Assembly: GCA_021792615.1 (NCBI GenBank)
Contig: JAJYUJ010000002.1
Location: 20,157-84,156, forward strand
From: a bacterium
GTDB taxonomy: Bacteria; JAMCPX01
Length of the DNA stretch: 64,000 nucleotides
Direction: 5' to 3'
A model generated the notes under the pieces. The model was not told where the DNA came from, did no database searches, and worked only from the letters and a program-made list of their open reading frames with translations. Positions 29,107 through 40,496 of this stretch are shown one piece after another. Every line of letters starts with the position of its first letter. Within the stretch, counting starts at the first letter, position 1. Position numbers and translations under genes: made by a program.

Positions 29107-30258
29107 TTAGAATTTGCAAAGCGGGGAGTTCGGTGTAGGTGTACCGTTTTCAGTTACTGCAGCACATCCGCACGTCTGGCCAGTAAAGGTGAACACATAT
29201 ACGTTGTTCGCTTGAATGGTAAGCCTACCACTGGAAGGATAACCAGGGCATACACTCGGGTCAAATACAATCGAGGAATAGGTCACGATGACCTTTCCTG
29301 AGTATGAACTCGTTCCGGTAGAAGCAGACACACCATAGGTACCGCCGCCGTCCAGAGTCATAGAGCTAACCGGAATACCTGTCGTTGTCATGGTTATTGA
29401 ACCGACACCATAGGTACCGAACTTTGAGCTGCCGGAATCCATCTCGGACCCGTCACTGAAGGTATATATGAGTTGAGAAGGCGTACCGGTAAAGCTATCG
29501 TCAATGTCTATCCATCCTGAAACAGTATAGCTCCCATTTGGATTGGTGATTGTTGCATTGATATTCGTATGGCCCTTTTCCGTGTAGGTGATGCTTGTTG
29601 TACCTGCAATAACACCGGCACCCGTTATTGTTTCACTGCCGTTTAAACTAACAGCTTCATTTACTCCTGTTGTCGGGTCGTCGAGTGTAAACTTAAGATT
29701 ATCCGTTTCTGTAAGATCCATATTCCCTAGGGAGGTGTCATACGTACCTATGACTGTGATCGTTCCGTCGATGGTCATGGTCGAGCCCGAGAAACTGCAT
29801 ATAGCATTATTCCAGGTAACGGTAAAATCAATGTTACCCGTGCTTGAATTGTCTGTATAGGTCGGCGATGTGCAGGAACCGGATGTTGCGGCTTGCTGAA
29901 ACATGGACAGGGCATTCACTGTTGCTCCTTTCATGGACTGGGGCTTTACAATAACATTTTTACTCCCGATTCCCTTCAACAAAAAGGATAAGGTCGGAAT
30001 AGTTGCGCTTGTTGATCCGTTTACGGTGGTCGATGTTATTGTTGATACATCGCTCGGCGGCGGATTGTCTGCACCTTTCAGTGCCTGGCTTGCAGCGCTG
30101 CCAACGTTTTGAACGGTCAGATTTGCAGGCGGTAAAGCATTTAAGCCTGATGACACCTGGTTTCCTGACGATCCGCTTGACGTGCTTCCGCATCCAATAC
30201 CTGCACTGGCTAAACCTATAGCCAGGAGTACTACGGTTAAGATTTTAATTTTCTTCAT
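29107..30258 (-). CDS. Ser/Thr-rich beta-strand lipoprotein of unknown function
   Basis: Lipobox GIGC; GGAGG SD; own terminator; C-terminal CPGYPSSG motif and further Cys. Confidence 0.8.
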   Translation of the reverse strand: MKKIKILTVVLLAIGLASAGIGCGSTSSGSSGNQVSSGLNALPPANLTVQNVGSAASQALKGADNPPPSDVSTITSTTVNGSTSATIPTLSFLLKGIGSKNVIVKPQSMKGATVNALSMFQQAATSGSCTSPTYTDNSSTGNIDFTVTWNNAICSFSGSTMTIDGTITVIGTYDTSLGNMDLTETDNLKFTLDDPTTGVNEAVSLNGSETITGAGVIAGTTSITYTEKGHTNINATITNPNGSYTVSGWIDIDDSFTGTPSQLIYTFSDGSEMDSGSSKFGTYGVGSITMTTTGIPVSSMTLDGGGTYGVSASTGTSSYSGKVIVTYSSIVFDPSVCPGYPSSGRLTIQANNVYVFTFTGQTCGCAAVTENGTPTPNSPLCKF

Positions 30259-30396
30259 AAAACTTCCTCCTTTTTCGTTATAATTCCCATACCCTTATAA
30301 CTTTGTCAATGATCAAGATCACACCGTTCCCGCACCCTGTTTTTTCTTAAAAGCTTGCATTTTATGCATATCTTAATAATACTGAGAAGCAACTTT

Positions 30397-30618
30397 ATGA
30401 AACAGTTACGGGAACTCATTGGAAAAGAAGTGGAGGTTGTAGCCAATGGCATAGTATACAAAGGCGTACTCAAGGATGCGTCCGAGTACGCAATAAGCAT
30501 ACTTTCAATGTCCGGCTGGCTTGAGATTAGTATGTCGTCTATCAACAGGATCAGTGAGGCCGGAACTCAGGTATTTGAACCAAAATATGTTGACCCGTCA
30601 TTTTACAAGGACAAATAA
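30397..30618 (+). CDS. Small hypothetical protein, possible Sm/LSm-like fold
   Basis: LRELIGKEVEV..NGIVYKGVL pattern resembles Sm1; ATG 30397 chosen. Confidence 0.6.
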   Translation: MKQLRELIGKEVEVVANGIVYKGVLKDASEYAISILSMSGWLEISMSSINRISEAGTQVFEPKYVDPSFYKDK

Positions 30619-30708
30619 TAATAAAGAGCCGATGACCCCGCCCTGGCCCACTTCAATAAAAGGGGATAAAAACCAAGGGGGTATTCCTAAAAGGAGGACG
30701 AGCTAAAG

Positions 30709-32160
30709 ATGAAGATAGTGCCCGGTGCAGGTGATTATAAAAAGGCCGATGCGGAATTAAAGGTATATGGATATTTCAAGGACGATCTTGAAGCACTTTT
30801 GAAAGCGCTGGAACCGGATAGTGCCCGGCATATTAAGCCGCAATTAAAGGACCTCAAAAACGGATTAAGGTTTTTGAATAAACAGGGCACGTGGTATTCA
30901 TTTTTAAAACTTGATGAAAAACAGAAAACAACGGCAGAATCATTCAGGAAATTCGGTGCCGCTCTTGCAAAAGAGGCGGATGCAGTATCCGCAAAAAATG
31001 TCGTTGTACTCATGCCTGCGGCGGAAAAAGTAACACCGGATGATGCTGCCGCTGCTTTGACCGAGGGCATTGTCCTCGGTATGTATACTTATGATGAGCT
31101 AAAAACATCGGATAAGAACAACGGTCCCGGATTAAAATCCATAGCTGTCTATACGTGCGGGAAAACCAGAATATCACAGAAGGCCATCGATCGCGCACAA
31201 CGCGTTTCAGAGGCAACCAATGAGGCACGCAGGCTTGCAGACGCTCCGAGCAATCTGATGACACCGGCTATATTCGCCAGGATAGTGACCGGTAAGGCAA
31301 AAAAAGAAGGCATCCGGGTAAAGGTGCTGGAAAGACCTGTTCTCGAAAAGGCTGGCTGGGGTGCATTCCTCGGGGTTGCCCGCGGGAGTTACGAACCGCC
31401 GAAGGTCGTTATTCTCGAATATCATGGCGGCAAAGGACAAAAAAAACACGTCATCGTAGGCAAGGGCATTACCTTTGACAGCGGCGGGATATCGATAAAA
31501 CCAAGCAGCGGTATGGAGGAGATGAAGTTCGATATGGCAGGGGCTGCTGCGGTTGCCATGACCGTCATCCTTGCGGCAAGATTAAAAATACCGGTAAATC
31601 TTGCAGCCGTTATACCGCTTACGGAAAACATGCCGGGAGGCAAGGCGCAGAAGCCCGGCGATGTCGTGAAAACCCTCTCCGGCAAGACCGTCGAAATTAT
31701 ATCCACGGACGCAGAGGGCAGGTTGATACTTGCGGATGCCCTGTACTATGCGGTAAAAACATTCAAACCCGAATCCATCATCGACCTTGCAACACTCACC
31801 GGCGCATGCGTTGTTGCACTGGGAAGTGAGGCAAGCGGTATCATGGGGACCGGGGACGGACTTATCGACGAGATCATCGAGGCAGGAGAGCGGAGCGGAG
31901 ACCGGCTCTGGAAGCTTCCCCTGTGGGATGATTATAAAGACCTGCTCAAAAGCGATGTCGCGGACATCAGGAATTCAGGCTCGCGCTGGGCAGGCGCTAT
32001 ACAGGGCGGCATATTCCTGAAGGAGTTTGTCGGAGATGCCCGCTGGGCACACGTCGATATCGCAGGCACCGCCTACCTTGAACGGCCAAAGGCCTATTTT
32101 AAAAAAGGAGCGACCGGTGCCGGTGTACGGTTTCTTATCAAATTTTTCGAGGAACAATAA
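30709..32160 (+). CDS. pepA: Leucyl aminopeptidase (M17)
   Basis: VGKGITFDSGG, MKFDMAG, TDAEGRL, DLATLTGA, WAHVDIAG. Confidence 0.95.
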   Translation: MKIVPGAGDYKKADAELKVYGYFKDDLEALLKALEPDSARHIKPQLKDLKNGLRFLNKQGTWYSFLKLDEKQKTTAESFRKFGAALAKEADAVSAKNVVVLMPAAEKVTPDDAAAALTEGIVLGMYTYDELKTSDKNNGPGLKSIAVYTCGKTRISQKAIDRAQRVSEATNEARRLADAPSNLMTPAIFARIVTGKAKKEGIRVKVLERPVLEKAGWGAFLGVARGSYEPPKVVILEYHGGKGQKKHVIVGKGITFDSGGISIKPSSGMEEMKFDMAGAAAVAMTVILAARLKIPVNLAAVIPLTENMPGGKAQKPGDVVKTLSGKTVEIISTDAEGRLILADALYYAVKTFKPESIIDLATLTGACVVALGSEASGIMGTGDGLIDEIIEAGERSGDRLWKLPLWDDYKDLLKSDVADIRNSGSRWAGAIQGGIFLKEFVGDARWAHVDIAGTAYLERPKAYFKKGATGAGVRFLIKFFEEQ

Positions 32161-32170
32161 TTGACCTGCT

Positions 32171-32698
32171 ATGGAAGGCCCGGGATTAATTCAGATATAT
32201 ACGGGTAACGGCAAGGGAAAGACCACCGCGTCTTTGGGCCTGGCATTAAGGGCAGCAGGTCATGGCTACAAGACCATAATAATCCAATTCATGAAGGGTA
32301 AGATAGATTACGGGGAGTTAAAGGCACAAAAATTGCTTGAACCCTATCTTAAGATCGTTCAGGCGGGTGGGCCGCATTTTATAAAAAGGGGCAGCCCCTC
32401 TGAACAGGATATAAAGATGGCACATGAAGGTCTTGAAGAAGCAAAAAGGGCCTTTACGGAAGGGTCCTATAACATCGTTATTCTTGATGAATTGAATGTA
32501 GCAATTGACTTCGGGCTTATTACCCTCACCCGGGCACTTGAACTGATAAAACAAAAACCGCCGGATGTTGAGTTGATCATCACCGGCAGGTATGCACGGC
32601 AGGAGATTATAGATATCGCGGACCTTGTGACCGAGATGAGAGAGATAAAGCATTATTACCAAAAGGGAGTGCAGGCACGGGATGGCATCGAAAAGTAA
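32171..32698 (+). CDS. cobO: Cob(I)alamin adenosyltransferase CobO/BtuR
   Basis: [30 protein letters not shown]. Confidence 0.92.
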   Translation: MEGPGLIQIYTGNGKGKTTASLGLALRAAGHGYKTIIIQFMKGKIDYGELKAQKLLEPYLKIVQAGGPHFIKRGSPSEQDIKMAHEGLEEAKRAFTEGSYNIVILDELNVAIDFGLITLTRALELIKQKPPDVELIITGRYARQEIIDIADLVTEMREIKHYYQKGVQARDGIEK

Positions 32699-34316
32699 AC
32701 CTATAGACAAGGAAAAATATTCAGGTAAAAGGCTCAAGCGGTATTCGACCATCTCCGATAAAGAGCTTGATTCTATCTATACACCGGAGGATACCGCCGG
32801 TTTTGATTATAACGATAAACTCGGCATGCCCGGCGAATACCCGTTTACGCGCGGCGTTTACGATACCATGTACCGGGGAAGGCTCTGGACCATGAGGCAG
32901 TTCTCCGGATTTGGCACTGCCGAAGAAACAAACAAAAGATTTAAGTATTTGCTGTCGCATGGACAAACAGGCCTGTCCGTCGCATTTCATATGCCAACCA
33001 TCATGGGATACGATTCAGACCACCCGCGCTCTGCAGGAGAGGTGGGTAAATGCGGGGTTTCCATAGATACGCTTCAGGATATGGAGGTGCTTTTTGAAGG
33101 CATTCCTCTTGATAAGATCACGACATCCATGACGATCAACGCACCTGCCATCGTACTGCTTTCGATGTATATAGCTGTTGCCGAAAAACAGGGGGTCAGC
33201 CCGGATGTCATCAGCGGCACTATCCAGAACGACATTCTCAAAGAGTATATAGCCCAGAAATCATGGATATACCCTCCCGAGCCGTCCATGCGTATCATTA
33301 CCGACATATTCGAGTACTGCACCCGGCATGTGCCTCGATGGAACACCATCAGTATCAGCGGCTACCATATACGGGAGGCCGGGTCAACCGCAGTCCAGGA
33401 ACTTGCGTTCACGCTCGCGGACGGTATTGCCTATGTTCAGGCAGGCAGGGAACGCGGATTGGATGTGGATAGTTTTGCACCCCGGCTTTCTTTCTTTTTC
33501 GATGCACATAATGACTTCTTTGAAGAAATAGCGAAGTTCCGCGCAGCACGCAGGATGTGGGCAAAGATCATGAAAGAAAGGTTTCATGCAAAGAAAGAAG
33601 AATCCCTGCGATTGAGATTTCATACCCAGACAGCAGGGTGCAGCCTTGTTGCGCAGCAGCCCATGAATAATATTGTCCGCGTTACGCTCCAGGCGCTTGC
33701 CGCTGTGCTCGGGGGAACACAATCGCTGCACACCAATTCAATGGATGAAACACTTGCACTTCCCACGGAGCAGGCAGTGACCGTTGCACTCCGAACCCAG
33801 CAGATCATTGCCGGGGAGAGCGGTGTTGCAAATGTCATAGATCCGCTCGGCGGCTCGTACTTCGTGGAAAGACTCACCGATGAAATGGAGCAGGAGGCAT
33901 GGGATTATATCAATAAGATCGACCGGATGGGCGGGATTATACCAGCGATAGAAAAGGGCTACCCTCAGATGGAAATAGCGGACGCGGCCTACCGGTACCA
34001 GAAACAGATAGATAATTCACAGAAGGTCGTTGTCGGCGTCAATATGTACAAGATGCAGGAGAAAGAAACAATTCCAACGCTGACGATCTCTCCGCAGGTT
34101 GAGCAAAACCAGATAGAAAAGACCCGGCGCATAAAATCAACGAGGGACACTGGCCGCGTCAGGACTTCGCTTGACCGGTTAATGCTTGCTGCAAAGGGCA
34201 GGGACAACCTTATGCCGTTTGTGCTCGAAGCTGTTAAGGCGTATGCTTCCATCGGAGAGATCATGGACGTTATGAGAGCGGTCTTCGGAGAGTACAGGGA
34301 CCCGGCGCTTTTTTAA
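32682..34316 (+). CDS. Acyl-CoA mutase large subunit, isobutyryl-CoA mutase (IcmA)-type
   Basis: [15 protein letters not shown] (Phe), [12 protein letters not shown] (Gln), [18 protein letters not shown]; lacks B12-binding domain. Confidence 0.88.
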   Translation: MASKSKPIDKEKYSGKRLKRYSTISDKELDSIYTPEDTAGFDYNDKLGMPGEYPFTRGVYDTMYRGRLWTMRQFSGFGTAEETNKRFKYLLSHGQTGLSVAFHMPTIMGYDSDHPRSAGEVGKCGVSIDTLQDMEVLFEGIPLDKITTSMTINAPAIVLLSMYIAVAEKQGVSPDVISGTIQNDILKEYIAQKSWIYPPEPSMRIITDIFEYCTRHVPRWNTISISGYHIREAGSTAVQELAFTLADGIAYVQAGRERGLDVDSFAPRLSFFFDAHNDFFEEIAKFRAARRMWAKIMKERFHAKKEESLRLRFHTQTAGCSLVAQQPMNNIVRVTLQALAAVLGGTQSLHTNSMDETLALPTEQAVTVALRTQQIIAGESGVANVIDPLGGSYFVERLTDEMEQEAWDYINKIDRMGGIIPAIEKGYPQMEIADAAYRYQKQIDNSQKVVVGVNMYKMQEKETIPTLTISPQVEQNQIEKTRRIKSTRDTGRVRTSLDRLMLAAKGRDNLMPFVLEAVKAYASIGEIMDVMRAVFGEYRDPALF

Positions 34317-34331
34317 ACGGCGATTACCGTT

Positions 34332-35279
34332 TCAGGTGTTGTAGGACTTGCTGTCGAAAAGGGATATCTTGTTTCTTCCGGTGTTTTTCGAAATGTATAA
34401 GGCTTCATCCGCTGATTTCAAAAAATCACTTATACTGTTGATGGCTGATTCGGGCAGGTACGCTATACCGATTGAGCAGGAAACACTCTTAATCTTTCCG
34501 CATATATCGGTAGCGGCATATTCCCGTATTTTGTTCAGATACCTCTGAGCAACCGCAACTGCCCCGGTTTTGTCCGTTTCCGGCAGCATGGTGATAAATT
34601 CATCGCCGCCGTACCGGGCACACACATCCATCCTCCTCAGCCCTGTCGTGAGTATCCTCGAAACAACCGTTAAAACCCTGTCACCCACGGGATGCCCGCA
34701 TTTGTCATTGATGGATTTAAAATGATCCATATCGATCATCAGCAGGGACAGCGTCCTGTTGTACCGTTTCAATCTCTCGAATTCTTTTTCCAGTGCATTT
34801 ACAAAAAATCTTCTGTTGTAAAGTCCGGTCAAAGGATCGATGTTGGAAAGCGTTTCAAGCACCTGAAGTTTCTTCTGTGCTGCCACAAGCTCGTCCTGAA
34901 GTATTTTTATTTTGAGATTGGATTTTACGCTCGCAATCAACTCGATAGGGGTAAATGGTTTTGTCACATAGTCCTGGGCGCCCTCTTCAAGGATATGAAA
35001 CTTATTGTTCAGTTCTTTTTTATTTGCGACGACGAGAACGGGTATTGCATTGAGGTCCTGATGTGATTTCTTCAACTTAAGGAACTTGAACCCATCGGAT
35101 TCCGGCATAAACAGATCGCATATTACAATGTCCGGTCGGCTGGAAACCATCTCTTTAAAACCGGCAAGACCGTCACTCGCTTCATAAAACATATCGAACA
35201 GCCCGGCATCGGTCAGCACGGATCTGATCTGTTTCCTTGTTGCAGCAGAATCATCAATAATAAGTATACTTCTCCGCAT
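34332..35279 (-). CDS. Response-regulator diguanylate cyclase (REC-GGDEF)
   Basis: ILIIDD, ICDLFMP; DPLTGLYNRR, RRMD I-site, GGDEF. Confidence 0.92.
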   Translation of the reverse strand: MRRSILIIDDSAATRKQIRSVLTDAGLFDMFYEASDGLAGFKEMVSSRPDIVICDLFMPESDGFKFLKLKKSHQDLNAIPVLVVANKKELNNKFHILEEGAQDYVTKPFTPIELIASVKSNLKIKILQDELVAAQKKLQVLETLSNIDPLTGLYNRRFFVNALEKEFERLKRYNRTLSLLMIDMDHFKSINDKCGHPVGDRVLTVVSRILTTGLRRMDVCARYGGDEFITMLPETDKTGAVAVAQRYLNKIREYAATDICGKIKSVSCSIGIAYLPESAINSISDFLKSADEALYISKNTGRNKISLFDSKSYNT

Positions 35280-35489
35280 TACACACACTCATGGCAAAAA
35301 CAAGCGCAGATGTCAAGGATTTCAGCGCCTGTTTTAAAGTTTTGAACGGCGCACTTGTTTATTTTTAAACACAACGCTGTCTGTAGAACAGCGCGGGGAT
35401 TTTTTTTGTTCAATCGGAAGCACCGGTATCCCGAAACCGCATTACCTGTCCATGACCATGATCCTGAACGGTATTTGGAGAACAGGTGT

Positions 35490-35794
35490 TTGTTTATCTG
35501 TATGAGAAAGACCGTTGCATGGGCGCCATTCAGTCGCTGGTGTCTCTGTACTTATGATTGACCCTCTGCGTAAAAATTATCCGTCAAACAAAACCTGTCT
35601 GCAAGGGCGTGGCTGTTGGGTGTATATGTTTTCCCGTATATCGCAAGTGCAGGGCCACCGTTTCCCCTGCCGAGGTCACCGAAGCAGGCATCGTATGTTT
35701 TGTTTTCGCGGATGATGAACACGGCATGCTTGAGTTTGCTCCACTGAAAATTGGTGTTTTGCTCCCATGCGTACGGGCAGTTGTTTGCAGCCAC
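35490..35794 (-). pseudogene. Fragment of a phosphoesterase-domain gene paralogous to 19538-21994
   Basis: LKHAVFIIRENKTYDACFGDLG..TPNSHALADRFCLTDNFY; in-frame TAA at 35552-35554, family-like sequence continues (VQRHQRLNGAHAT). Confidence 0.75.
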
Positions 35795-35945
35795 CCGAAT
35801 AGTTGTCGTGCTTATCCTGCGATCACAAATATATTGTCAAACGGAATCCAGAAATGATAGCAGTAAAACAGAAGGGTGCATGAAACAAGCGGTACGCTAT
35901 AACAGAGTTTTAAAATAAAAAGTTTCCATTCTACAGGAACGAGAG

Positions 35946-36929
35946 ATGACGGAAAACAATTGGACAGTCGGTATTGATATTGGTGCAACAAAAATCGAGG
36001 TAGCCGGTATCGATAGAAACGGCAACGTCCTCCACCATATCAGGCGTAAAACGAACACCGGCTCAAGCGCCGAAGCCATAGAGTCCGGGACAGCGGACGC
36101 GGTACGGGAACTCATGAGAACGATTGGTACAAGGCCCGTGGCTGCCGGTGTCGGCATGGCCGGACAGATCGATCCTTTGCAGGGTGTGGTTGTTTTTTCG
36201 CCCAACCTGGACTGGCATAATGTGCCGCTCCGGAAAGGACTTGCCGCAAAACTGGGGATGCCTGTTGCTGTCACGAATGATGTTCGCGCTGCAACATGGG
36301 GCGAATGGCTCTATGGGGCAGGCAGGGGATATGATGATATGGTGTGTGTTTTTGTCGGTACCGGTATCGGCGGAGGTGTTGTCAGCCATGGAGCCATGCT
36401 TACGGGATGCAGCAACACCGCGGGAGAGATAGGACATATAACGATCGATATCAACGGCCCGGTCTGCACGTGCCGCAACAAAGGATGCCTCGAGGCATTG
36501 GCAGGCGGGTGGGCAATAGCACGGGATGCACAGAACGCGGTTGCGGACAATCCGGTTGCTGGCACTGCGATGCTGGAGCTTGCAGACGGAGACCCCAAAA
36601 ACATAACGGCAAAGGTCGTGGCAATGGCTGCACAGAAGGGAGACGCTCTTGCTCTGCAGCTCGTTGAACGCGTATCCGGAGCACTTGTTGCCGGCGCGGT
36701 CAGTCTTGTACATGCGTTTAACCCATGCCTTCTGGTTTTTGGCGGAGGCGTTATAGAAGGTCTGCCCGGGCTTGTCGGCAGCATAGATTACGGCATACGC
36801 AGCCGTGCACTCGGTGCCGCAATAATAAACCTTAAGGTTGTCCGCTCGCAACTTCACAGCCACGCAGGGGTTATAGGGGCCGCGGCATTTGCAAATCATT
36901 CATTCAGAGACAAAGGAGATACAGTATGA
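35946..36929 (+). CDS. ROK-family sugar kinase (glucokinase-like)
   Basis: [37 protein letters not shown]. Confidence 0.92.
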   Translation: MTENNWTVGIDIGATKIEVAGIDRNGNVLHHIRRKTNTGSSAEAIESGTADAVRELMRTIGTRPVAAGVGMAGQIDPLQGVVVFSPNLDWHNVPLRKGLAAKLGMPVAVTNDVRAATWGEWLYGAGRGYDDMVCVFVGTGIGGGVVSHGAMLTGCSNTAGEIGHITIDINGPVCTCRNKGCLEALAGGWAIARDAQNAVADNPVAGTAMLELADGDPKNITAKVVAMAAQKGDALALQLVERVSGALVAGAVSLVHAFNPCLLVFGGGVIEGLPGLVGSIDYGIRSRALGAAIINLKVVRSQLHSHAGVIGAAAFANHSFRDKGDTV

Positions 36930-39016
36930 GGAAGAAAAAGCTTTCGACGGGATTTTCCAAGATTGACGAGTTGTGTATAAACACGATCCGTTTCCTCTCA
37001 ATAGACGCAATAGAAAAGGCAAACAGCGGGCATCCCGGCATGGTGATGGGAGCGGCCCCCATGGCTTATACCCTCTGGACAGGCTTCCTGAAACACAACC
37101 CTGCAAATCCTGGCTGGTTCGACAGAGACAGATTCATTCTGTCTGCAGGGCACGGCTCAATGCTTTTATACAGTCTGCTTCACCTTACCGGTTATGGGGT
37201 TTCGCTCGATCAGATTAAACAGTTCAGGCAATGGGGCAGCATAACCCCCGGACACCCGGAACGCGGCATTGTGCCCGGTGTCGAGGTGACGACCGGTCCT
37301 CTTGGCCAGGGGTTTGCAAATGGGGTCGGAATGGCGATTGCGGAGGCATACCTTGCATCGCGCTACAACCGTCCAGGGTTTAAGATCATAGACCATTACA
37401 CCTATGCAATCGTGAGCGACGGTGATTTGATGGAAGGGGTGACGTCTGAAGCAGCATCCCTTGCTGGTCATCTTGGACTGGGTAAATTGATATACCTTTA
37501 TGACGACAACCGGATTTCTCTTGCCTCTTCGACGGATATCACCTTCACGGAAAACCGGAAAAAGCGCTTTGAGGCATACGGCTGGCACACGCAGACGGTA
37601 AAAGACGGGAATGATACCGGCGCCATGAAAGCAGCTATCCGTGCTGCAAAAAACGAAAAAGACCGGCCATCCATACTGCTCATAAGAACGCATATAGGAT
37701 ACGGCGCACCAAAAAAACAGGACACATTCGAAGCACACGGGGCACCCCTCGGTAAAGAAGAAACAGCAATGGCCAAGAAGCGTCTGAACTGGCCGGTAGA
37801 ACCTGATTTCTACATACCGGAGCAGGCGCTCGGACATTTCAGAAAGGCACAAGCATCGGGTAAAAAAGCCGAAGCTGATTGGGAATCGAAATTCCGTGCA
37901 TACGCAAAATCGTTTCCCGGACTTGCCGAAGAGCTTCTTCTCTTAAAAGACGGCGGATTGCCGGAAGGCTGGGACAAGAACATCCCTGTATACCCGGCGG
38001 ACGCAAAAGGTATGGCCACGCGTGTGGTGTCCGGAAAGGTCCTGAACGCACTTGCACCGGCGCTACCCCATTTGATAGGCGGTTCGTGCGATCTGAACCC
38101 GTCTACCCATACGGCTTTGAAAGATATGGGTGATTTCGGTAATCCGAAAAATATTCATGAAGACCGGCAGGGTTCTGTCGGCACCTCATGGAGTTTTAAC
38201 GGCAGGAACATCCACTTCGGAGTACGGGAACATGCCATGGGCGCAATGCTCAACGGTATGGCAGCGCACCGGGGTGTTCTGCCGTTCGGTTCCACGTTTT
38301 TGATCTTTTCGGACTACATGCGGCCTGCGATCCGTCTTGCAGCCTTGATGGGTCTCAAGGTTATTTATGTTTTTACCCATGACAGTATCAGTGTGGGAGA
38401 GGACGGGCCCACACACCAGCCCGTAGAGCAGCTCACCAGCCTGAGGGCTATTCCGGATCTGATCATCATACGGCCCGGTGATGCGAATGAAACGGCTGCG
38501 GCATGGCGCGTTGCAGTCGAAACAAAAGACCGTCCGGTCGCACTGATTCTCACGCGTCAGAATGTTCCCACGTTCGACCGCCTGAAAACCGCAGGCGCTG
38601 ACGGACTGAAAAAAGGGGCATACATATTGTCGGATCCGGAAAACGGACGTCCGGACATACTCATCATAGCAAGCGGGTCGGAGGTCAGCCTGGCAATGGA
38701 TGCGGGGCAGAAGCTGGAACGTGAACATGGTATCAAGGTCAGGATCGTATCAATGCCGAGCTGGGAGCTGTTCGAAGAACAATCACCCGGATATAAAGAC
38801 TCCGTGCTGCCCCATGAAATCACCGCGAGACTCACGATCGAAGCAGGCTCCACCCATGGCTGGCTCAGATATGCCGGAGAGAAAGGAGGATCCATTGGAA
38901 TCGACAAATTTGGTGCATCCGCCCCGGGAGGTATCGTCATGAGGGAATACGGCTTTACCGTGGACAATGTCTGTACGCAGGCTATCGGGATCCTAAGACG
39001 GACACAGCAGTCGTGA
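36926..39016 (+). CDS. tkt: Transketolase
   Basis: [49 protein letters not shown]. Confidence 0.98.
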   Translation: MRKKKLSTGFSKIDELCINTIRFLSIDAIEKANSGHPGMVMGAAPMAYTLWTGFLKHNPANPGWFDRDRFILSAGHGSMLLYSLLHLTGYGVSLDQIKQFRQWGSITPGHPERGIVPGVEVTTGPLGQGFANGVGMAIAEAYLASRYNRPGFKIIDHYTYAIVSDGDLMEGVTSEAASLAGHLGLGKLIYLYDDNRISLASSTDITFTENRKKRFEAYGWHTQTVKDGNDTGAMKAAIRAAKNEKDRPSILLIRTHIGYGAPKKQDTFEAHGAPLGKEETAMAKKRLNWPVEPDFYIPEQALGHFRKAQASGKKAEADWESKFRAYAKSFPGLAEELLLLKDGGLPEGWDKNIPVYPADAKGMATRVVSGKVLNALAPALPHLIGGSCDLNPSTHTALKDMGDFGNPKNIHEDRQGSVGTSWSFNGRNIHFGVREHAMGAMLNGMAAHRGVLPFGSTFLIFSDYMRPAIRLAALMGLKVIYVFTHDSISVGEDGPTHQPVEQLTSLRAIPDLIIIRPGDANETAAAWRVAVETKDRPVALILTRQNVPTFDRLKTAGADGLKKGAYILSDPENGRPDILIIASGSEVSLAMDAGQKLEREHGIKVRIVSMPSWELFEEQSPGYKDSVLPHEITARLTIEAGSTHGWLRYAGEKGGSIGIDKFGASAPGGIVMREYGFTVDNVCTQAIGILRRTQQS

Positions 39017-39079
39017 CACCCTGGAAGAGACAGGTGGACTTTGGTTACAGGCAGGAAAGATCGTACAGAATGAACCCTT

Positions 39080-39868
39080 ATGAATAAGGATGTTATCATT
39101 ATCGCGATAGGCAGGGAATTGGTCAACGGCAGGACACTGGACACCAATTCAAGGTACCTTGCGAGGAATATCACGATACTCGGTCTCAGGGTCGCAAGTA
39201 TTCATGTGATAGACGATATCCCCGCGGATATCGTTAAAACGATAAGAAGGGCACTCGCCGAAAAACCCTGGCTTGTCATTACGACCGGAGGACTCGGCCC
39301 CACGGTTGATGATATGACCCTTCAGTCAGTGGCAAAAGCTCTGAACAAGGGCCTTGTAAAAAACAAAAAAGCCATGGCAATGCTTGAAAAGCGTTACGAT
39401 GAACTGTATCGTAAAGGGCTGCTGCATACAAAGGGATGGAATGAGGGCAGGATAAAGATGGGCATAATGCCCGCAGGGGCAAAACCCCTGAAAAATCCTG
39501 TCGGTACCGCTCCGGCGGCCTTTATAAAAAAGGATGGGACTGCCCTGTTCTGCCTGCCCGGTGTGCCCGCCGAAGCACAGGCTTTTTTTGACACCTCCAT
39601 ACTCGCGTGGATAAAACAGCATGCCGCAAACAGCTTCTGGTTCGAACAATCGCTCGTGACCAAAAGCTATGACGAAAGTGTTTTAAGGATACTGCTGGAC
39701 AAGGTCTCCGCCGCATTCCCTGATGTGTATATCAAATCAAGTCCTGCGGGATTCTTAAAAGAGAAGTCTCTGGAGGTATTCTTCACATCTGTGGGTAAAG
39801 ACAAGGCTTATGTCCGGGACAGGGTAAACGGTGCAATGGATAGGGTAAGGAAGCTTCTGCATCATTAA
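39080..39868 (+). CDS. CinA N-terminal / molybdopterin-binding-domain protein
   Basis: IGRELVNG..DTNS, TTGGLGPTVDD, NPVGTAP, LPGVPAE; no PncC domain. Confidence 0.85.
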   Translation: MNKDVIIIAIGRELVNGRTLDTNSRYLARNITILGLRVASIHVIDDIPADIVKTIRRALAEKPWLVITTGGLGPTVDDMTLQSVAKALNKGLVKNKKAMAMLEKRYDELYRKGLLHTKGWNEGRIKMGIMPAGAKPLKNPVGTAPAAFIKKDGTALFCLPGVPAEAQAFFDTSILAWIKQHAANSFWFEQSLVTKSYDESVLRILLDKVSAAFPDVYIKSSPAGFLKEKSLEVFFTSVGKDKAYVRDRVNGAMDRVRKLLHH

Positions 39869-39922
39869 CAAATAGCTTGTTTATTTAAAACAGTGTGATA
39901 AAAAATAAATAAAAAGGAGGTA

Positions 39923-40399
39923 ATGGGTATGGCAATTCCTTTTCCAAGTGAAGAATGGATAGCGGAGTACAAGATAAAGATCAATTCAAACCCCAACTAC
40001 AAAGAATCGGGGGCAAACTGGGAACACGGCACCATTGCTCTTATTTTGCAGCTTGACGACGAGAATGCCCTTCAAAAGGCACGGCAGGATCCTATTTTGA
40101 GCAAGCAGCTCAAAGCGGATGAAACCGCAGTCGGGGTATGGCTTGACCTTTACCATGGCGTTTGCAAAGAGGCAAAGCGGGTATCGGTGGATGAGGCAAA
40201 TAAGGCCAAATTCGTGATCTCCGGCGGATATGCACGCTGGAAGGCCGTTCTCAAAAAGGAGCTTGACCCGGTAAAAGGTATGATGCAGGGGAAATTAAAG
40301 CTCAAAGGAGATCTCCCCACAATCGTACGGTTCGTAAAAGCAGCCCAGGACCTGGTAGATTCTGCAACCATGATAGACACCAAGTTTGTGGATGAGTGA
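39923..40399 (+). CDS. SCP2 sterol/lipid-binding domain protein
   Basis: FPSEEW, LDPVKGMMQGKLKLKGD. Confidence 0.85.
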   Translation: MGMAIPFPSEEWIAEYKIKINSNPNYKESGANWEHGTIALILQLDDENALQKARQDPILSKQLKADETAVGVWLDLYHGVCKEAKRVSVDEANKAKFVISGGYARWKAVLKKELDPVKGMMQGKLKLKGDLPTIVRFVKAAQDLVDSATMIDTKFVDE

Positions 40400-40428
40400 T
40401 AAACAGGTTTGATACCGGCAGTGATGTA

Positions 40429-40473
40429 CAGGGGCTTGCCCGGAAAAGTTCAGGCGGGCCAGCCCCTGTTTTT
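40429..40473 (+). terminator. Probable terminator/attenuator after the SCP2 gene
   Basis: CAGGGGCT...AGCCCCTG followed by T5. Confidence 0.6.
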
Positions 40474-40496
40474 AACATTCAGTAAAGGAGTTGTTT

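Noticed and set aside
30619-30708. Cobalamin riboswitch upstream of pepA-cobO-mutase
   Set aside because: Region is too short and lacks a recognisable B12 box; only a degenerate REP-like hairpin
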